A program made the translations under genes and the position numbers. Under the pieces are notes generated by a model. The model did not search any database and was not told the origin of the DNA. It saw only the letters and a program-made list of their open reading frames with translations. Source: Octopus sinensis (Eukaryota). From it: 64,000 nucleotides of DNA. The stretch spans positions 1,488,001 to 1,552,000 of the forward strand of contig NC_043018.1 in assembly GCF_006345805.1 (NCBI RefSeq). The letters run 5' to 3'. Positions 24,495 to 36,089 of this stretch are shown one piece after another. Position 1 is the first letter of the stretch. Each line of letters starts with the position of its first letter.

Positions 24495-25272
24495 AGAACG
24501 AAAAACAAATTACGAAAATCAAGATACCCAAACTCCAAACTAAAAACAGACTGTAGTGAAATTTTAATGTATATAGATATAATTCGATACCAATTTAAAG
24601 TGTATAAATAAATTTCTGTTTGTATATAACAACATATCTTTCTTCAAATCAATCTCTTATTGTTACATACTGCCAACTCAACTCAATCCACTATAAACAA
24701 CATCTGTCTACTATATATCTATTGGAAAAAGTGCTCTAATCCAAGTCACTTTCTCATAAACAAAAAAATACAATGTTTCTCTTTAAAAAATTGCAAACAC
24801 AGCATCTCTGATATTCGACATGTTTTTTTTCTTCAGCGCATCATATAAGTGTTTTAAAAAATCGAATTTTTTGTCATATTTTCATATTTTAAGATTAGTT
24901 TACAATCTTGAATGTAATCCGTGTTTAATGTTATAAAAGTATCAGGAGACGTAAGTCTTAGAGTTTATTATTTTAGCCAAATCGTTGATAGGGTAATGTG
25001 AACAGCGTGGGGGTAATTTGAAATCGATTTCAGATTACCGGGAGACAGCTTGAAATGGCAGATAACTTGAAATTTTTAGACCGGGCGAAATGCTTAGCGT
25101 CATGTCATCCGTCTTTATGTTCTGAGTTCAAATTTCGCCGGGGTTGACTGTGCATTTCATCCTTTTGGGATCGATGATATAATTACCATTAGGTAGTGGG
25201 GTCGATGTAATTGATTATCATCTTCCTCCAAATTTCAGGACTTGCGTCGATAGAAGAAAGTATATAAATTAA

Positions 25273-25667
25273 CTAGCAGTATCGCCCGGCGTTGCTCGGG
25301 TTTGTAAGGGAAATAACTATATAAGCATTTTTAGAGATGTAAAGTATAATAGCCATCTCAATATGGTTAACCACAAAGGGGGGGGGTGTTACTGTAGCTT
25401 CTTACGTTCTGAGATTTAATAATAAATTTTTAGAGAGTTACTTCCCTTATATATGCCAAAAATGGATTAAAAATGGGAAAAACTGATGGTATTTTTTTAA
25501 AATCGTAGACTCATCGTAGACGCGCGCTAATACCCAGAAGGGCTCGATATAAATCACGAGTATAAGATACCCGCTTTTGGTTAAACTGCACCGCAAAATG
25601 TGGGAGTAGTTAGGTATCTAAATCGTAGGAGACAGACAGCACACAACCTTACTTTTATATATAAAGA
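25273..25667 (-). mobile_element. Non-autonomous Helitron
   Basis: On - strand: A|TCTTTATATATAAAA...GAGCAACGCCGGGCGATACTG-CTAG|T, i.e. TC start, CTAG end and A/T target. Confidence 0.8.
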
Positions 25668-25739
25668 TATCTTTGTCATATTTAATTTTAATGCGCAAAC
25701 AAGTTTCGTTTGTGTTTAAAATTTTGCTTAGCTTCTTAG

Positions 25740-25852
25740 ATCTCATCCTTATGATTGTTATCCAATACCCGGATTTCACATATATCTCTCTATTATACTG
25801 GGATTATTCACAAAGCAGCGATGTCGTTCACATTTTCTCTACCCTACGAAAT
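25740..25852 (+). pseudogene. Possible decayed Ig V-set B-C strand exon
   Basis: Acceptor at 25739; frames DLILM / CYPIPG / FTYISLLYWDYSQSSDVVHIF can be joined only by two compensating frameshifts. Confidence 0.2.
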
Positions 25853-26069
25853 GTACTTGTTAAGCAGGCTAAAATATCATAACAACCCGCAATATAACTT
25901 ATTAGCGTGAATTTAAAAAATCGTGATTACATTGTAATTATTATTCTTTTGTTATAAACTTATTTTATAATTCTAATTAAAACGTAATAAGATATTTAAT
26001 CAAGGAACCATCGAAAGATCACAAGAAACAAACGCAGATATATATAGATTTGAGAACCAGATGTGTTGA

Positions 26070-26215
26070 GTGCTTACAGTTTCCATCCACCAAATCCACT
26101 CACAAGGCTTTGGTAGGATCGAGGCTATAGTAGAAGGTACTTGCCCAAGGTACCATGCAGTTGGAATGAACCCGGAACCATGTGGCTGGTACGCAAGCTA
26201 CTTACCACAAAGCCA
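26070..26215 (-). mobile_element. SINE family A, 5' fragment
   Basis: Similarity to 55103-55260. Confidence 0.8.
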
Positions 26216-26289
26216 TTCCAAATAATACAATATTACATAAGTATTTTATAATGTTCCTTCCTTTTCTGGAAACTCGCCGCGTACCTGCG

Positions 26290-26344
26290 GCTGATGACTC
26301 CCGGAGCGGCGGCGATCCGTGGACCGCCACTTTGAGTAGCACTG
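26290..26344 (-). mobile_element. hAT/Charlie-like MITE terminus
   Basis: - strand CAGTGCTACTCAAAGTGGCGGTCCACGGA resembles Charlie/MER5-type TIRs; adjacent ctctaag resembles the preferred target. Confidence 0.5.
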
Positions 26345-26655
26345 CTCTAAGTAAGAAGACACTAAGTAAGAAGGGTAACATTTGGTTATTTTGCATATTA
26401 TTATATATGTTCATCTGACATAGTTCTTTAACTGTAGACTATGCATCCGTTTCCCTCATTTAATCTAGTAAATGTCTTCGTGATTTGCATGATAATACTA
26501 ATCATGGTATGAATTCGTCTATTGTATATAATACTCTCCTGTACAATCGGGTTATCTAAAGTGCGACCTTTACATGGAAGAAAGGTTTTATATGCGTTTC
26601 TTAATATTAAATTTATTAAATTCTAGTACTAATCATACTATGAATTGCTCCTATA

Positions 26656-26868
26656 CGGTGAGCTGGCAGAAACGTTAGCGCGCCGGGTGACATGCTTAGC
26701 CGTTACGTTCTGAGTTCAAATTCCGCCGAGGTCGACTTTGCCTTTCATCCTCTCGGGGTCGATAAATAATATACCAGTTACACACTGGGGTCGATGTAAC
26801 CGACTTAATCCCTTTGTCTGTCTTTGCTTGTCCCCTCTATGTTTAGCCCCTTGTGGGCAATAAAGAAA
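26656..26868 (+). mobile_element. SINE family C
   Basis: Matches 29557-29789. Confidence 0.85.
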
Positions 26869-27099
26869 TATATATATGTATAGAAAAACATTCAAATACT
26901 TCACAACTAAATAGCATCCTCTATATACCCATATAACATTTAATTAAATGAGGCTACATTCATAATAACCATAATTTTGCATATTATACATTACTGATCT
27001 TCATTCTCTTTGATGATAATTTGTTCTTTGAATTTGTAGTGTAGCATTATTTTATTTTTAACTTTTGTTTATTTATCCTTTATTTGTATGTATGTATTT

Positions 27100-27310
27100 G
27101 CGTGTCTGTGTTTGTCATCCTCCCAACGTTGCTTGGCAACTGATTTTGGTGTGTTTACATTCACGTAAGTTAGCGGTTCGGCATATGAGAACGTTAAAAT
27201 AAGTACTAGGATTACAAACGATTAGTCTTGGGGTTGATTTGTTCGACTAAAGCCGGTGCTCCAACATGGCCGCAGTCATATGACCGAAACGATTAAAGGA
27301 ATAAAAGAAT
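27100..27310 (+). mobile_element. SINE family A, 3' half
   Basis: Similarity to 55310-55499. Confidence 0.75.
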
Positions 27311-27389
27311 AAAAGTATATACAGGGCGAGTATTTGGTTTCTATTTCATAACAGAAATCGCATTGTAATGGCTTGGCATTATACAGAAA

Positions 27390-27781
27390 CTAGTAGTATC
27401 ACCCGGCGTTGCTCGGGTTTGTAAGGGAAATAACTATATAAGCATTTTTAGAGATGTAAAGTATAATAGTCATCTCAATATGGCTAACCACAAAGGGGGG
27501 GTGGTGTTACTGTAGCTTTTTACGTTCTGAGATTTAATTTAAAAGAGTTACTTCCCTTATATATGCCAAAAATGCATTAAAAATTGGAAAAATTGATGCT
27601 AATTATTTTTTTAAAATCGTAGACTCATCGTAGACGCGCGCTAATACCCAGAAGGGCTCGATATGAATCACGACTATAAGATACCCGGTTTTCGTTAAAC
27701 TGCACCGCAAAATGTGGGAGTAGTTAGGAATCTAAATCGCAGGAGACAGACAGCACACAACCTCATTTTTATATATAAAGA
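27390..27781 (-). mobile_element. Non-autonomous Helitron (same family as 25273-25667)
   Basis: Near-identical full-length copy with TC/CTAG ends at an A|T site. Confidence 0.8.
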
Positions 27782-27827
27782 TATGAAAATGACTTGTGAA
27801 CTATGAAATTTAGTTGTTTCTTAATAG

Positions 27828-27898
27828 TTTAAGATATGCTGAGGAACGGAGTTTCTGCACGATAAATATTCAGACCGTGTCAGCTGAGAAATATCTAG
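27828..27898 (+). CDS. Candidate exon, Ig D-E strand-like
   Basis: ttcttaatag acceptor; LRYAEERSFCTINIQTVSAEKYL(G); weak donor gttaat. Confidence 0.2.
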
Positions 27899-27928
27899 GT
27901 TAATTTTCTAGTAGAATCTTTCCCCACA

Positions 27929-28345
27929 TCATCATCATCATCATCATCATTTAACGTCCGCTTTCCATGCTAGCATGGGTTGGACGGTTCAACTGGGGTC
28001 TGGGGAGCCCGAAGGCTGCACCAGTCCAGTCAGATCTGGCAGTGTTTCTACAGCTGGATGCCCTTCCTAACGCCAACCACTCCGAGAGTGTAGTGGGTGA
28101 TTTTATGTGCCACCGACACAGGTGCCAGACGAGGCTGGCAAACGGCCACGCTCGGATGGTGTTTTTTATGTGCCACCGACACAGTTGCCAGACGAGGCTG
28201 GCAGACGGCCACGCTCGGATGGTGTTTTTATGTGCCACCGACATAGGTGCCAGATGAGACTGGCGAACGGCCACGATCGGATGGTGTTTGTTACGTGCCC
28301 ACAGCACGGAGGCCAGTCGATGCGGTACTGGCTACGGCCACGTCG
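27929..28345 (-). mobile_element. LINE (probably RTE) 3' UTR with (GAT)n tail and internal ~62 bp tandem repeats
   Basis: (CAT)n-ttaacgtccgctttccatgctagcatggg terminus; units start at 28105, 28168 and 28230. Confidence 0.6.
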
Positions 28346-29556
28346 AAAAATTAAAATTCGCCAGGAAATTCTATGGCGAATCTAAGGTAATAAAATGAAG
28401 ACTAATTAAATTAAAGCCAACGTTTACTTGTTCCCATTTCTCTTTATTCCTTAACCTGTTCTTCATTATCTCTCTCACTATCTCTAAAAGTCTAAATGTA
28501 TTTCGTCAAAGCAATTGTAAACTTTACCCAGTTTCATCAAGAAATTGCCTGCATTCAGGAATTCGAGTTTTAAAAATATTTTCAGTCTATTTAATGTATA
28601 ATTTTCATCCTGGATTTGTCGGTCATGTATAATTTAGTGCCTTATCATCACGGCATTAGTATTTATTTGCCATTAGGGGACGAATATTCCAATTTACATA
28701 ATTACAGACAGTCACCGAGGTCGACATTATCTTGTGCCAGAATCCCGTTTTTTAGCATCATAACTTCTGAAGGAACTATCAAAGGCTTCGAATGTAAAAT
28801 GGCTTAGCTGAATAAAATTACTATTTTATGTCCCTTTTTAGGATGGTGTGTTGAAAAATGATAGGAAATTAAATTTAGAAACTCTTTTACAGTGTTTGTT
28901 TTCACATTAAAACTGAAGGCACGATAAAACTACACAATTTCACGCCTTGTGTTGCTGCGTTTCAGGGCATTAAATGAAGGCAGGTATTTTGGTTTCTGAA
29001 AGAATGCGTCGTTTCTGATGAGTGCATTGCGATAGTAAAAAGCACAGCTGAACTTGGAAATATTTACTGGAAATGGTGATATGCGCCTACTAATTTTAAA
29101 TATTAAATGCACTAAAATAAGATGTGAATGTCAAAGAAGAAATATATATGAAATAAATTTCTGTATTCTTTAGTGGGGCTTAAAAACTTAAGATCAGGAA
29201 TCAGAGGAGTGTTTCAGAGAACAAATTATAGTGTGATTATTGTTCACAGAAGTGTGAAATCTTGCACAATTCGTTCTCCTTGATCCAGAGTTGCAGGATT
29301 AAGAGTCTCCAAGACATTCTGTTTATTAGTTCATTAGTTTACCTTAGTTAATCGTTTCTTAAGTCTACGTCCTGTAATGTCTTAAAATGTGTTTCCAAAC
29401 CATCTACCGTAAAAATGTCCCTATGTTGGAATAGTTGATACCCTATACGGCCATCAAATACGTTTTCCATCTTACATTGATCCAGGTTGAATATAAACAA
29501 CTAGGTAAGATTTTATCCCGTAAATCATTATATTAATGTCGATATCCGATAAGTAA

Positions 29557-29789
29557 AGGCGGCGAGCTGGCAGAAACGTTAGCACACCGGGCGAAATGCT
29601 TAGCGGTATTGCGTCTGTCGTTGCGTTCTGAGTTCAAATTCCGCCGAGGTCGACTTTGCCTTTCATCCTTTCGGGGTCGATAAATTAAGTACCAGTTACG
29701 CACTGGGGTCGATGTAATCGACTTAATCCGTTTGTCTGTCCTTGTTTGTCCCCCTCTATGTTTAGCCCCTTGTGGGCAATAAAGAAACA
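29557..29789 (+). mobile_element. SINE family C, full length with 16-bp TSD
   Basis: TSD GATATCCGATAAGTAA at 29541-29556 and 29790-29805. Confidence 0.95.
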
Positions 29790-30162
29790 GATATCCGATA
29801 AGTAATGTGATGGCATTCGTCTCCAAGTCTAAGTACAAGAGATGTAATTTTTAAAGGAAACAGGTTTTAAATTCAAATAAATGAACGTATATCCTTTGAC
29901 AGAATCCACGGAACCGTTTTAATACACTCGCTCGATTAATCTCAGGAGAAACTGATATCATAATTTTACAATCTAAGAATTATTGCATTTATCATGTCTT
30001 AGATGTTATTAATTCAATGGTCATTGCTTCATTTAATTTATTGTTGATTTACTTGCTCATGGTTTGTAAATAGACATCTAAGATATATATATATATATAT
30101 AAACATTATGGTGAATTGAGAAATGGAGCTGAACGCAGATTGAACAGAATCGTTTTATTTCA

Positions 30163-30240
30163 TTCTACATGTGTTTCGAAAGGCACAAATTACCAAAACC
30201 GATTGAATAATGGGACCATATTGTGTCTTTCTCTCAGGAA
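30163..30240 (-). ncRNA. Hammerhead motif, left-arm copy (N7 missing)
   Basis: ttc-CTGA-GA-GAAAG..CACAA...TTGTGCCTTTC-GAAACACATGT-A-gaa. Confidence 0.45.
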
Positions 30241-30413
30241 GAAAAAGGAAATCCGTTGGAAAAACAAAAACAGAACAGAGGCGGAGCAAAAACAAATCGA
30301 ACTATGCTCCTAAGAGCCCATGGCGAAACCATGGGCTCTTAGGAGCATAGTTCGATTTGTTTTTGCTCCGCCTCTGTTCTGTTTTTTTTTTTTCCAACGG
30401 ATTTCCTTTTTTT

Positions 30414-30491
30414 CTTCTGAAGAGAAAGCACAATATGGTCCATTATTCAATCGGATTTTTGTAATTTGTGCCTTTCGAAACACGGGTAGAA
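30414..30491 (+). ncRNA. Hammerhead motif, right-arm copy
   Basis: CTGAAGA (30417-23), stem II GAAAG-CACAA/TTGTGCCTTTC, GAAA (30477-80), GUA (30486-88); stems I and III imperfect in this copy. Confidence 0.5.
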
Positions 30492-30703
30492 TGAATAAAA
30501 CGATTTCTGTTCAATCTGCGTTCAGCTCCATTTCTTCAATTCACCAATAATGTTTTAATTTCAATTATCCGCACCAACGCACGGTTGCAACGCCAGATGG
30601 GTGTACCTCCACCGTGCTGTTTACTGCTGTGATTTTTGCTACTAAGGTATCGGTTAAACTTTTGATTAATCTACTCACAAGATTATTCATCTTTCTATTT
30701 CAC

Positions 30704-30734
<31 letters not shown>

Positions 30735-30804
30735 TACAATATATATATATATACATATATATATAATATATTATATATATATATCACATGACCGTATATA
30801 TATA

Positions 30805-31093
30805 TCACATGACCGACCAGACATCAGATGTGGTTACACGTCGCTGGTCACAATGCGTTCGCATAATTTTAGCCTCAAATGACGCCCACCCACGTGGCTA
30901 AGCGAGCAGGCCAACAGAAGAGTGGGAGAAAGAGTGGTGAAAGAGTACAGCAGGGATCACCACCCCCTACCGGAGCTCGTGGAGCTTTTAAGTGTTTTCG
31001 CTCAATAAACACCCACAACACCGGTCTGGGAATCGAAACCGCGATCCTGCGACCGCGAGTCCGCTGCCCCTAACCACTAGGTCATTGCGCCTC

Positions 31094-31096
<3 letters not shown>
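30805..31096 (-). mobile_element. SINE with family B head and an alternative 3' tail
   Basis: Head matches 6703-6870; tail matches 33090-33200, not 6870-7087. Confidence 0.8.
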
Positions 31097-31154
<58 letters not shown>

Positions 31155-31406
31155 TATATATATATTATATATAATAATTATATATATATATATATATAAA
31201 TATATATATATATAGATGAGTGTATTTACCTTGTTAAAACAATTAACACGGATAAATGAATGAATAGTTACCAGGGCAGCAAAAATCTCACAAGTAAAGA
31301 TGTTGTAAGTCCTTGTTTATAAAGGTTGAAACTTCTTGTTTACGTTGAATATTTGAATAATATGAATAAAAAATGGAGTTAACGCAGGTTTAAACAGTAT
31401 TTTTAC

Positions 31407-31489
31407 TTTCTACATATGTTTCAAAAATTCCCACTGATACTATTCAAAAGAATAAAAGGTATAAACAATGCAATCTTCTCTTCGGGAAA
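31407..31489 (-). ncRNA. Hammerhead motif with U4C core (CCGAAGA)
   Basis: tttc-CCGAAGA-gaaga...ttttt-GAA-ACATATGT-A-gaaa; palindromic stem III; GUA triplet. Confidence 0.55.
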
Positions 31490-32144
31490 TGAAAAACGAA
31501 ACTTGTCAATACGACATTTTAGCAAAAAATGATGGATTCGTATAGCGATAGACAGAACGCTATTAATATTGTTTAAAAAAACGTTATATGATATAACGTC
31601 ATAAGTAGCTAACAGAAAGAGTAGGGATATTAATAGTGAATGTTTAATATAAAGGAAATTAAAGTCTAAACTATATATAATGATAGGAGACTACTTATAT
31701 GCACTAAAAGTATGTTTCTGCCATGCTTAAATCTGTATGCTCGTTCTATAACCGTGTTTACTAGAGTATTTTTTAAAAAAATAATGAAAATAGCTCAGAA
31801 TTGCAGAGAAGACAGAATTTCTTGCCTTTGTCATATGGTATCGAAATTGAGAGGATCAACCATTCTAAATGAAGTTGTTTCATTGTGGTCTTTTAAATCC
31901 CAATAGAATTAAATTTATGTCAAGTAACTCTAAGACTAAAATTCTATATACCAGTGTATAATCAGTACTCGTAATAAAGTACGATTTTCATTGGAAGCAC
32001 ATCGTTAGAGTTATCTAGAAAGTTCTATCATCCATTACTCAACATTTAGGGATAGAAATAAACGGAATAGTACCGGTCTCAGCAAACTGATTTGGATTAA
32101 AAGACCACAATGAACAATTTCATTTAGAATGTTTCGTTTTTTCA

Positions 32145-32228
32145 CTTTCCCGAGGAGAAGATTGCATTGTTTATACCTTTTATTCTTTTGAATAAGTATC
32201 AGTGGAATTTTTGAACATATGTAGAAAG
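32145..32228 (+). ncRNA. Hammerhead motif with CCGAGGA core (one A of GAAA missing)
   Basis: ctttc-CCGAGGA-gaag...-GAA-CATATGT-A-gaaag; stem I 5 bp. Confidence 0.45.
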
Positions 32229-32270
32229 TAAAAATACTTGTTTAAACCTGCGTTAACTCCATTTTTATTC

Positions 32271-32325
<55 letters not shown>

Positions 32326-32435
32326 ATATAACATGCATACATACATATATACATACATGTACATATGTATAAAAGGTATTGGTATCTAGAAGACCCAAAG
32401 AATGGCAGGTAACGCTATATATATATATATATACA

Positions 32436-32818
32436 CTCTTTATTTGTTTCACTCATTTGGATGCGGCCATGCTGGAGCACCACTTTTAGTCGAGAAAATC
32501 GACACCAGGACTTATTCTTTGTAAGCCTAGTACTCACTCTATCGATCATTTTTGCCGAACCGCTAAGTTAGGAGGATGTAAATACACCAGCATCATGGAG
32601 GGGGAGGGACAGACACAGACACACAAATACACGTATATATACATATGCATATATACGACGGGCTTCTTTCTGTTTCCATCAAACAAATCCACTCACAAGG
32701 CTTTGGTCGGCCCATGGCTATAGTAGAAGACACTTGCACAATGTACCACGCAGTAGGACTGAACCCGGAACCATGTGGTTAGTAAGCAAGCTACTTACCA
32801 CACAGCCACTTCTACGTC
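32436..32818 (-). mobile_element. SINE family A
   Basis: Similarity to 55103-55499. Confidence 0.85.
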
Positions 32819-32852
<34 letters not shown>

Positions 32853-32941
32853 TTAGGCAAACGTACACACATATAGATGCATATGCACTTATAACATACA
32901 CACTCCCTCTCAAATGCACACATACATATATATGTAGAAAT

Positions 32942-33200
32942 GATGGCGCGTGGCCTAGTGGTTAGGCTGATGCAATCACAATCGATATATCGCTGGTTCG
33001 AGACCCAGAGTAGATGGTGCCTTTTGTTCTCGAACAAGATACCTAATTTCACGTGAATCCAGATGCCCATTTGATTGAGGAGGAATGTTTGCTTGCTCGC
33101 GTATTCAGCGGAAAGGGGGGCATCACATGAAGGCTAAAACATTGCGAAAGCGCATTGTGACCAGCAATGTGTAACAACATTTGATAATCCGGTCAGCTAC
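32942..33200 (+). mobile_element. tRNA-derived SINE with a distinct head and the tail shared with 30805-31096
   Basis: A-box TGGCCTAGTGG, B-box GGTTCGAGACC; tail ...gcattgtgaccagcaatgtgtaacaacat. Confidence 0.65.
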
Positions 33201-33524
33201 GCGCTATATACATAAATGTGTTTTATTCATCTGTGTATTTAGCTAGGTATAGTTTTTATTCAAAAAGTATTCCCGTGAAAATGCAGTAAGTAATTATCCG
33301 TAGATTCCTCGAACTGTTTGCATCAAATTACCATCGTATTCCGTTCGGAGTTTATTTTTCAATTCTTACATTTTGGTAATCAGTGATGAAAGAAAAGCTA
33401 TTGCTTCTTTGACGATAATTGCTTTGGCGTCAAATGAGATTCTATGTTCAAGGTGTGGTAAAATTAAAAAGGCTTTGGATTAACACGTCATTTATACATG
33501 TATCTATGTATGCATGTATGATGA

Positions 33525-33635
33525 GAGTAGTGCATGTCATCAAAGTGACACTGGGGTAAAATATACGAAGCCAAGTATACTCATCGTGACGACCCATGCA
33601 TCGCAATTATATGTGCGTGACATGGTGATCTGATA
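33525..33635 (-). repeat. Fragment of the unclassified repeat at 46515-47530
   Basis: Reverse complement shares agatcaccatgtc.cgcacatat.gttgcgatgcat with ~47428-47465. Confidence 0.6.
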
Positions 33636-33887
33636 CTTTGAAATCGCACCCGCATTGACTTCATTTTCACACAGCAAAAGTTCGAGTTCAGTATCATTTA
33701 CCCTTGTGTTGATATCAACAGTAATCATGATTTGGTCATGATGATAATGAGCTCAAACTAAGACAAGGACCCGCAAGAAAACAAAAAGCAACATGTATTA
33801 GTCTTGATATAGACAATCTCAAAAATCGTATAGGCGCATCGAAAGGGTCCTGAGGCGAAAGTAGGTGACACGCTTGCATCACTTAAC

Positions 33888-33907
33888 TTCCTGGAAGATT
33901 ATATAAA
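33888..33907 (+). promoter_or_regulatory. STAT/GAS-like TTCCTGGAA next to a TATATAAA box
   Basis: Motifs directly visible; function unsupported. Confidence 0.15.
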
Positions 33908-34325
33908 CTCACTGACGTGCCGCACCAAGGAAACCCTTCAAGGAATAGCTTATATTTTATAAAATAAGATAAACCAATAATTTTAATTAAATTTTCAAAG
34001 CACTTATATTTAATATAAACGTCGGCAGTGAGTCATCTTTGCCATCGGCATACTGGCAATTTTGTCGATGTGAATTCCTAATTTAGGCAAAAGGCCAGCA
34101 CTTTTGTAAATCGACGCGTTAGACGATCGATTACAGCGCTTGACTTGTATTTTTCTTAATTGAATTCGAAAAGATGAGAGTCTTAGTTGAATTTGAGAAG
34201 ATTTGTTCGTAAAATTTTAATAGCAGGTACTTAACCAATAAAAAAACTACAATGAGTACACCGGATGTGTTGGACATTCAGATAAAAAGATTGGCAACGG
34301 ATCACATTGTTGTTAGTCCTTATAG

Positions 34326-34461
34326 TGAACACGTCAGAGATAGAGCCTTTTCGTTTAAATTAAACTATTCAGTTGAAATTCTATTGAGTAGGAGAAATAA
34401 AGTGAATATGACCTGTTTGATAAGAAACGCTATCTTACATGAAAATGAGGCATTGACGTGA
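34326..34461 (+). CDS. Candidate exon resembling the second half of an Ig C2/B7-type domain
   Basis: ccttatag acceptor; EHVRDRAFSFKLNYSVEILLSRRNKVNMTCLIRNAILHENEALT (TC.I.N..L pattern); no good donor. Confidence 0.25.
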
Positions 34462-34880
34462 ACAGAAAGAGGTATAGAACATTGAACGCATCACACATTA
34501 TATTCTTTTTTTTTTAGGTTATTGTCTTCTGCAATATTGTGTGATTTGAGGACAGGGTTTGAATGAGCACATTACAAAAATATTTACATTTCGAAAGATG
34601 TATTCTGAAGTAAAAGTATCCAACACGTAAATTTCGCGTGATACGACACTGAATTGTGATACTGGCATCATGTACATATATAGAAATATATCTAAATACG
34701 TTTCTAGACATGTGTATATGTTTTATATGTTTGTATATATATACATATGTATCGAAAATACATACCCACAGTATGTGTATTCGATATTGCTTCTATTGCT
34801 CGAGCTGACTTAAACGCTTATTTCAATATACATGCACGTAAATATGTTATGCATGTAAATATATATATATATATATATAT

Positions 34881-35111
34881 ATTTCTTTACTACCCACAAT
34901 GGCCTAAACACAGAGGGGACAAACAAGGACAGACAAACGGATTAAGTCGATTATATCGACCCCAGTGCGTAACTGGTACTTAATTCATCGACCCCGAAAG
35001 GATGAAAGGCAAAGTCGACCTCGGCGGAATTTGAACTCAGAACGTAACGGCAGACGAAATACGGCTAAGCATTTGGCCCGGCGCGCTAACGATTCTGCCA
35101 GCTCGCCGCCT
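34881..35111 (-). mobile_element. SINE family C
   Basis: Matches 29557-29789. Confidence 0.9.
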
Positions 35112-35115
35112 TAAA

Positions 35116-35146
<31 letters not shown>

Positions 35147-35932
35147 CATGTGTGTGTGTGTGTGTGGGAGCGATTGAAACTGTGCTTATATGTTAGTGTT
35201 ATGGCGCGGTTACTGATGAGAGTTTCGTCTAGCAAATTATTTTATTTGCTAAAAAAATGTGAAACCTAGGTCTGACCGGAATAAAACAACAAGGTAAAAG
35301 TTTATTTTTCATTCCTTTTGAAGATTGCTCTTTTGACTACTTCCTCTAGCGTGTAAAAACCGCTTAAATATACATAATTTTATATTGAGAATATCTATGC
35401 ATCTATGAAGTTATGTACGTGTGCATGCTTATGTACATATAGAGATAGAGAGATACAGACAGACAGAATGATAGAGATATGGACAAACAGACGGATGGTC
35501 AGACAGACAGACAGACGGATGGATGGATGACTCGTTAGACTCATGCAATATAAATGTTATAGGGCAGAAGATGAGGTGTTCTTCATACAAGGGAATGAAA
35601 AAAAACAAAGGTAAGGAAATAAAAGCGTAGGAGCGCAAAAATTTCGAATATTAATTCAACGTTAATTCAATTAATATTCGAAACCAACATCACCTTCCGC
35701 CACACAAACACGCATACATATACAAGATACACATACAGAGGTCCCACAAAAGAATGGATCCCACGCCCCTGTGAAAAACCAGGTTGATAAGTAATAACCT
35801 AAAGTTCCTCTGTGCCAGTGGTCCCACAAAGGTATGGAGTCCTCACACCTATGGACAACCAGAGGAATGCGAGGGCTACCACCAGTAAATGAAGGAGAGA
35901 CCACAACCAAAAACTATATTGTTTATATACAT

Positions 35933-36011
<79 letters not shown>

Positions 36012-36089
36012 GACATACACATATATATATACACATACATATATATACCCATACTTATATGTACACACGTACATATGTATATATATATA

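Larger units (their letters stand above)
30101..30710. mobile_element. Fold-back Penelope-like 3' end (455 bp palindrome) between (TA)n tracts
   Basis: Arms 30101-30323 and 30329-30555, loop CGAAA; each arm has an HHR motif; right arm continues ~150 nt to (TA)n. Confidence 0.65.
31230..32274. mobile_element. Penelope-like insertion with inverted 5' pseudo-LTR (GIY-YIG relic on + at ~31930-32130)
   Basis: IGSTSLELSRKFY..HYSTFRDRNKRNSTGLSKLIW-LKDHNEQFHLE; ~143 bp inverted repeat 31360-31502 / 32131-32274; (TA)n at both ends. Confidence 0.75.

Noticed and set aside
28105-28330. Regular repeats as a CRISPR-like array (also 6196-6325)
   Set aside because: Units are contiguous tandem repeats without unique spacers, in a eukaryotic LINE context.
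28366-29506. Several short AG...GT segments (e.g. KFYGESK, STLSCARIP, VEYKQL)
   Set aside because: Multiple incompatible frames and weak sites; cannot be distinguished from chance.
33540-33728. Protein-looking - strand ORF MITVDINTRVNDTELELLLC...
   Set aside because: Its 3' half is a fragment of the 46515-47530 repeat; no recognisable domain.
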